A DNA stretch of 64,000 nt from contig NC_058368.1 of the NCBI RefSeq assembly GCF_018350175.1, positions 58,716,001 through 58,780,000 of the forward strand, written 5' to 3'. The stretch is from Felis catus. Taxonomy: Eukaryota. Within the stretch, counting starts at the first letter, position 1; every line of letters starts with the position of its first letter. The position numbers and the translations under genes are program-made. A model generated the notes under the pieces. That model had not been told where the DNA came from and searched no databases. It saw only the letters and a program-made list of their open reading frames with translations. Below are positions 62,103-64,000 of the stretch, one piece after another.

Positions 62103-64000
62103 ATAAAGCCTAGCAAAATTCTATCTTTCCATAATGAGAATAGGCAAGTGTCCAACATAGAGCTATTTAATAAAGGCTGGTCTCCTTTTTGTTTTTCAAG
62201 GAAAAATGAGTCTTTTATCAATGAAAGTCTTCATAAAAAGTTGTATACTTCCTCAGCCCCCATTATTGTATTGGGAGAGGAAGCCCAAGTTTCTGTAAAA
62301 TCAAGTTCACAAAACTTTCCTGAGAATGCAAAACTCCAGCAACTTATATATGTATGAGAGTCCACAGCTAAGAAGAAGCGGTGGTTTTTAATCCAGTCCT
62401 TCGTAGTTTGCTCTCTCTACTATTATTACAACGTGTAGAAAATGAAATTCCTGCTATCTCTCCCGTCTTATTTAATTTTTGGACTTCAGAAAATTGTGTT
62501 TGTTCAGCTATTTGCTATCAGAGCTAAATATAAGTTTTCTTGAAAATTGAATAACAGAATGGTTTTCTTTCAAGTATGGGAGTGTGACCTGTAAGAGCCA
62601 AATAAGAAATATTTTAGGTCAAATTCTGCTGCAGAGCCAAAGTCTATTGGTCTGGGCTCAGCAATTTCTTATCAAAGGCAATGAATTCAAATTTTCAGTG
62701 CAAGGAAGTGATTTCTCCCTTTATCTACATTTTTAATTCTCCAAATTTCTGACTACTATTTTCCTAATTTTGTAAACTGGAATAATTTCTTAAAATACCA
62801 TTTATTAGATAAAATGTGGGCAGTCAATAAAGCTATTAGTACATTAAATAATTGTAATGTAACTGTATCTTCAGTTAAGCAAGTAACTTTGCCGCTTGTG
62901 TTTCCAAGAGGTCACACTTAATTTGCTTCTACGCAAGAAAATGAGGATATTATTATTAACTTCTCCCTTTTTTGAAATAAATTATGCTACACATTAAAAA
63001 AACAGAAAGTACGAATTTGAATATAAATTGGCATATAGACACCAAGCAACAAAATCATACACTTCAGGTGACTGACATAACCTATGGTATCATCAATTTA
63101 CAAATTACTTATTGAGTGTTTGCAAGGCATTATGTAAGTTACCAGTGCACAGAACTTTGAAAAAAAATTAATTCATATTTACTTCTTTGCAAAGTATATA
63201 TTAAAAAATCAGTTACATCATCAATTTTCATTTTCCATAACAACCCTAAAGAAATTGCCAACATAAAACATAATGTCTACATCTGTGGTGTCTATACTTA
63301 AAAAAAAAAAAAAAAGAACATAGATGCTATCAGTCATCCTTTTTGAATTTGAATGATGTTTTTTACCTCTTGAGTATTATTTAAAAAAAAAAAACAGTAG
63401 AGAACCCAACAAAGATTCCTTAACTTACCTCTGTGCTTTCACTGTGTCAAACAATGCCAGATAAAAAACCAAGTCTCTAATGTGATGGCCTTCAATCCAA
63501 TGTCTCAAATCTCTCCAAGCTTCTTCTCCTTTCCAATTAATTATGGACGAAAAATAATTTAATAATTATTAAACCTAGGTACAACGTTAACGTTGTGGCA
63601 AAACCAGAACACCTTCTTCTCCAATCCCCAAAGTAGAATTATGTTACACAACTCTTATTAACTAATGCAGATCATCTATATTTAAGCACCAAGTTTTCTC
63701 TATATGAGAACATATTTTTTTTTATCATTTTGTAGATTTTCTTGAAGACCTATACTGAAAAAAGGAAAGCAAATACTTGATTTCCTGCTTGAATAGCTTC
63801 AGATGGGAATGTCAAGGCAGTATAGATGCTTTTGTCAATAGTTTTAATATTTTGAACTCAATAAAGAAAATAGAGGAGCCTATTCATGAAAGTTTCCTTT
63901 TCCTCGGTCCAAAATAACAGAAAGTAAGAATTTTATTGCTGGAAAGAATCTTTGAGGTTCCATAACACAGCCCTCTTTTTTTTTCAAATAAAAATATTGA

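Noticed and set aside
1..64000. CRISPR array, prokaryotic operon or novel multi-gene system
   Set aside because: This is mammalian repeat-rich DNA with no repeat-spacer array and no credible coding genes.

Overview
AT-rich mammalian genomic DNA from a felid (cat family), inferred from diagnostic young SINEC_Fc-type Can-SINEs and a felid-type L1 3' end. No intact protein-coding gene, RNA gene, CpG island or CRISPR array is supportable. All listed ORFs are spurious or derived from SINEs, LINEs and simple repeats. The window looks intronic or intergenic. It holds about 31 Can-SINEs (22 on +, 9 on -; most with visible target-site duplications), a decayed ~6.3 kb carnivore L1 (25111-31449), a 5'-inverted (twin-primed) L1 nested in an ERV1 LTR (58313-61017), several solo LTRs, L2/MIR/hAT fossils and microsatellites. 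I found no evidence for a new multi-gene system. The best second-look items are a probable ancient CR1-clade endonuclease fossil (~2140-2890), a frame-preserving 48-nt micro-exon candidate (20433-20480), a SINE split around an L1 3' end plus L2 sequence (31880-32236), a perfect 66-bp AT palindrome inside a 29-bp direct repeat (48706-48884) and the twin-primed L1. Repeat subfamily names come from remembered consensus features, not a database search, and boundaries of old repeats are approximate.
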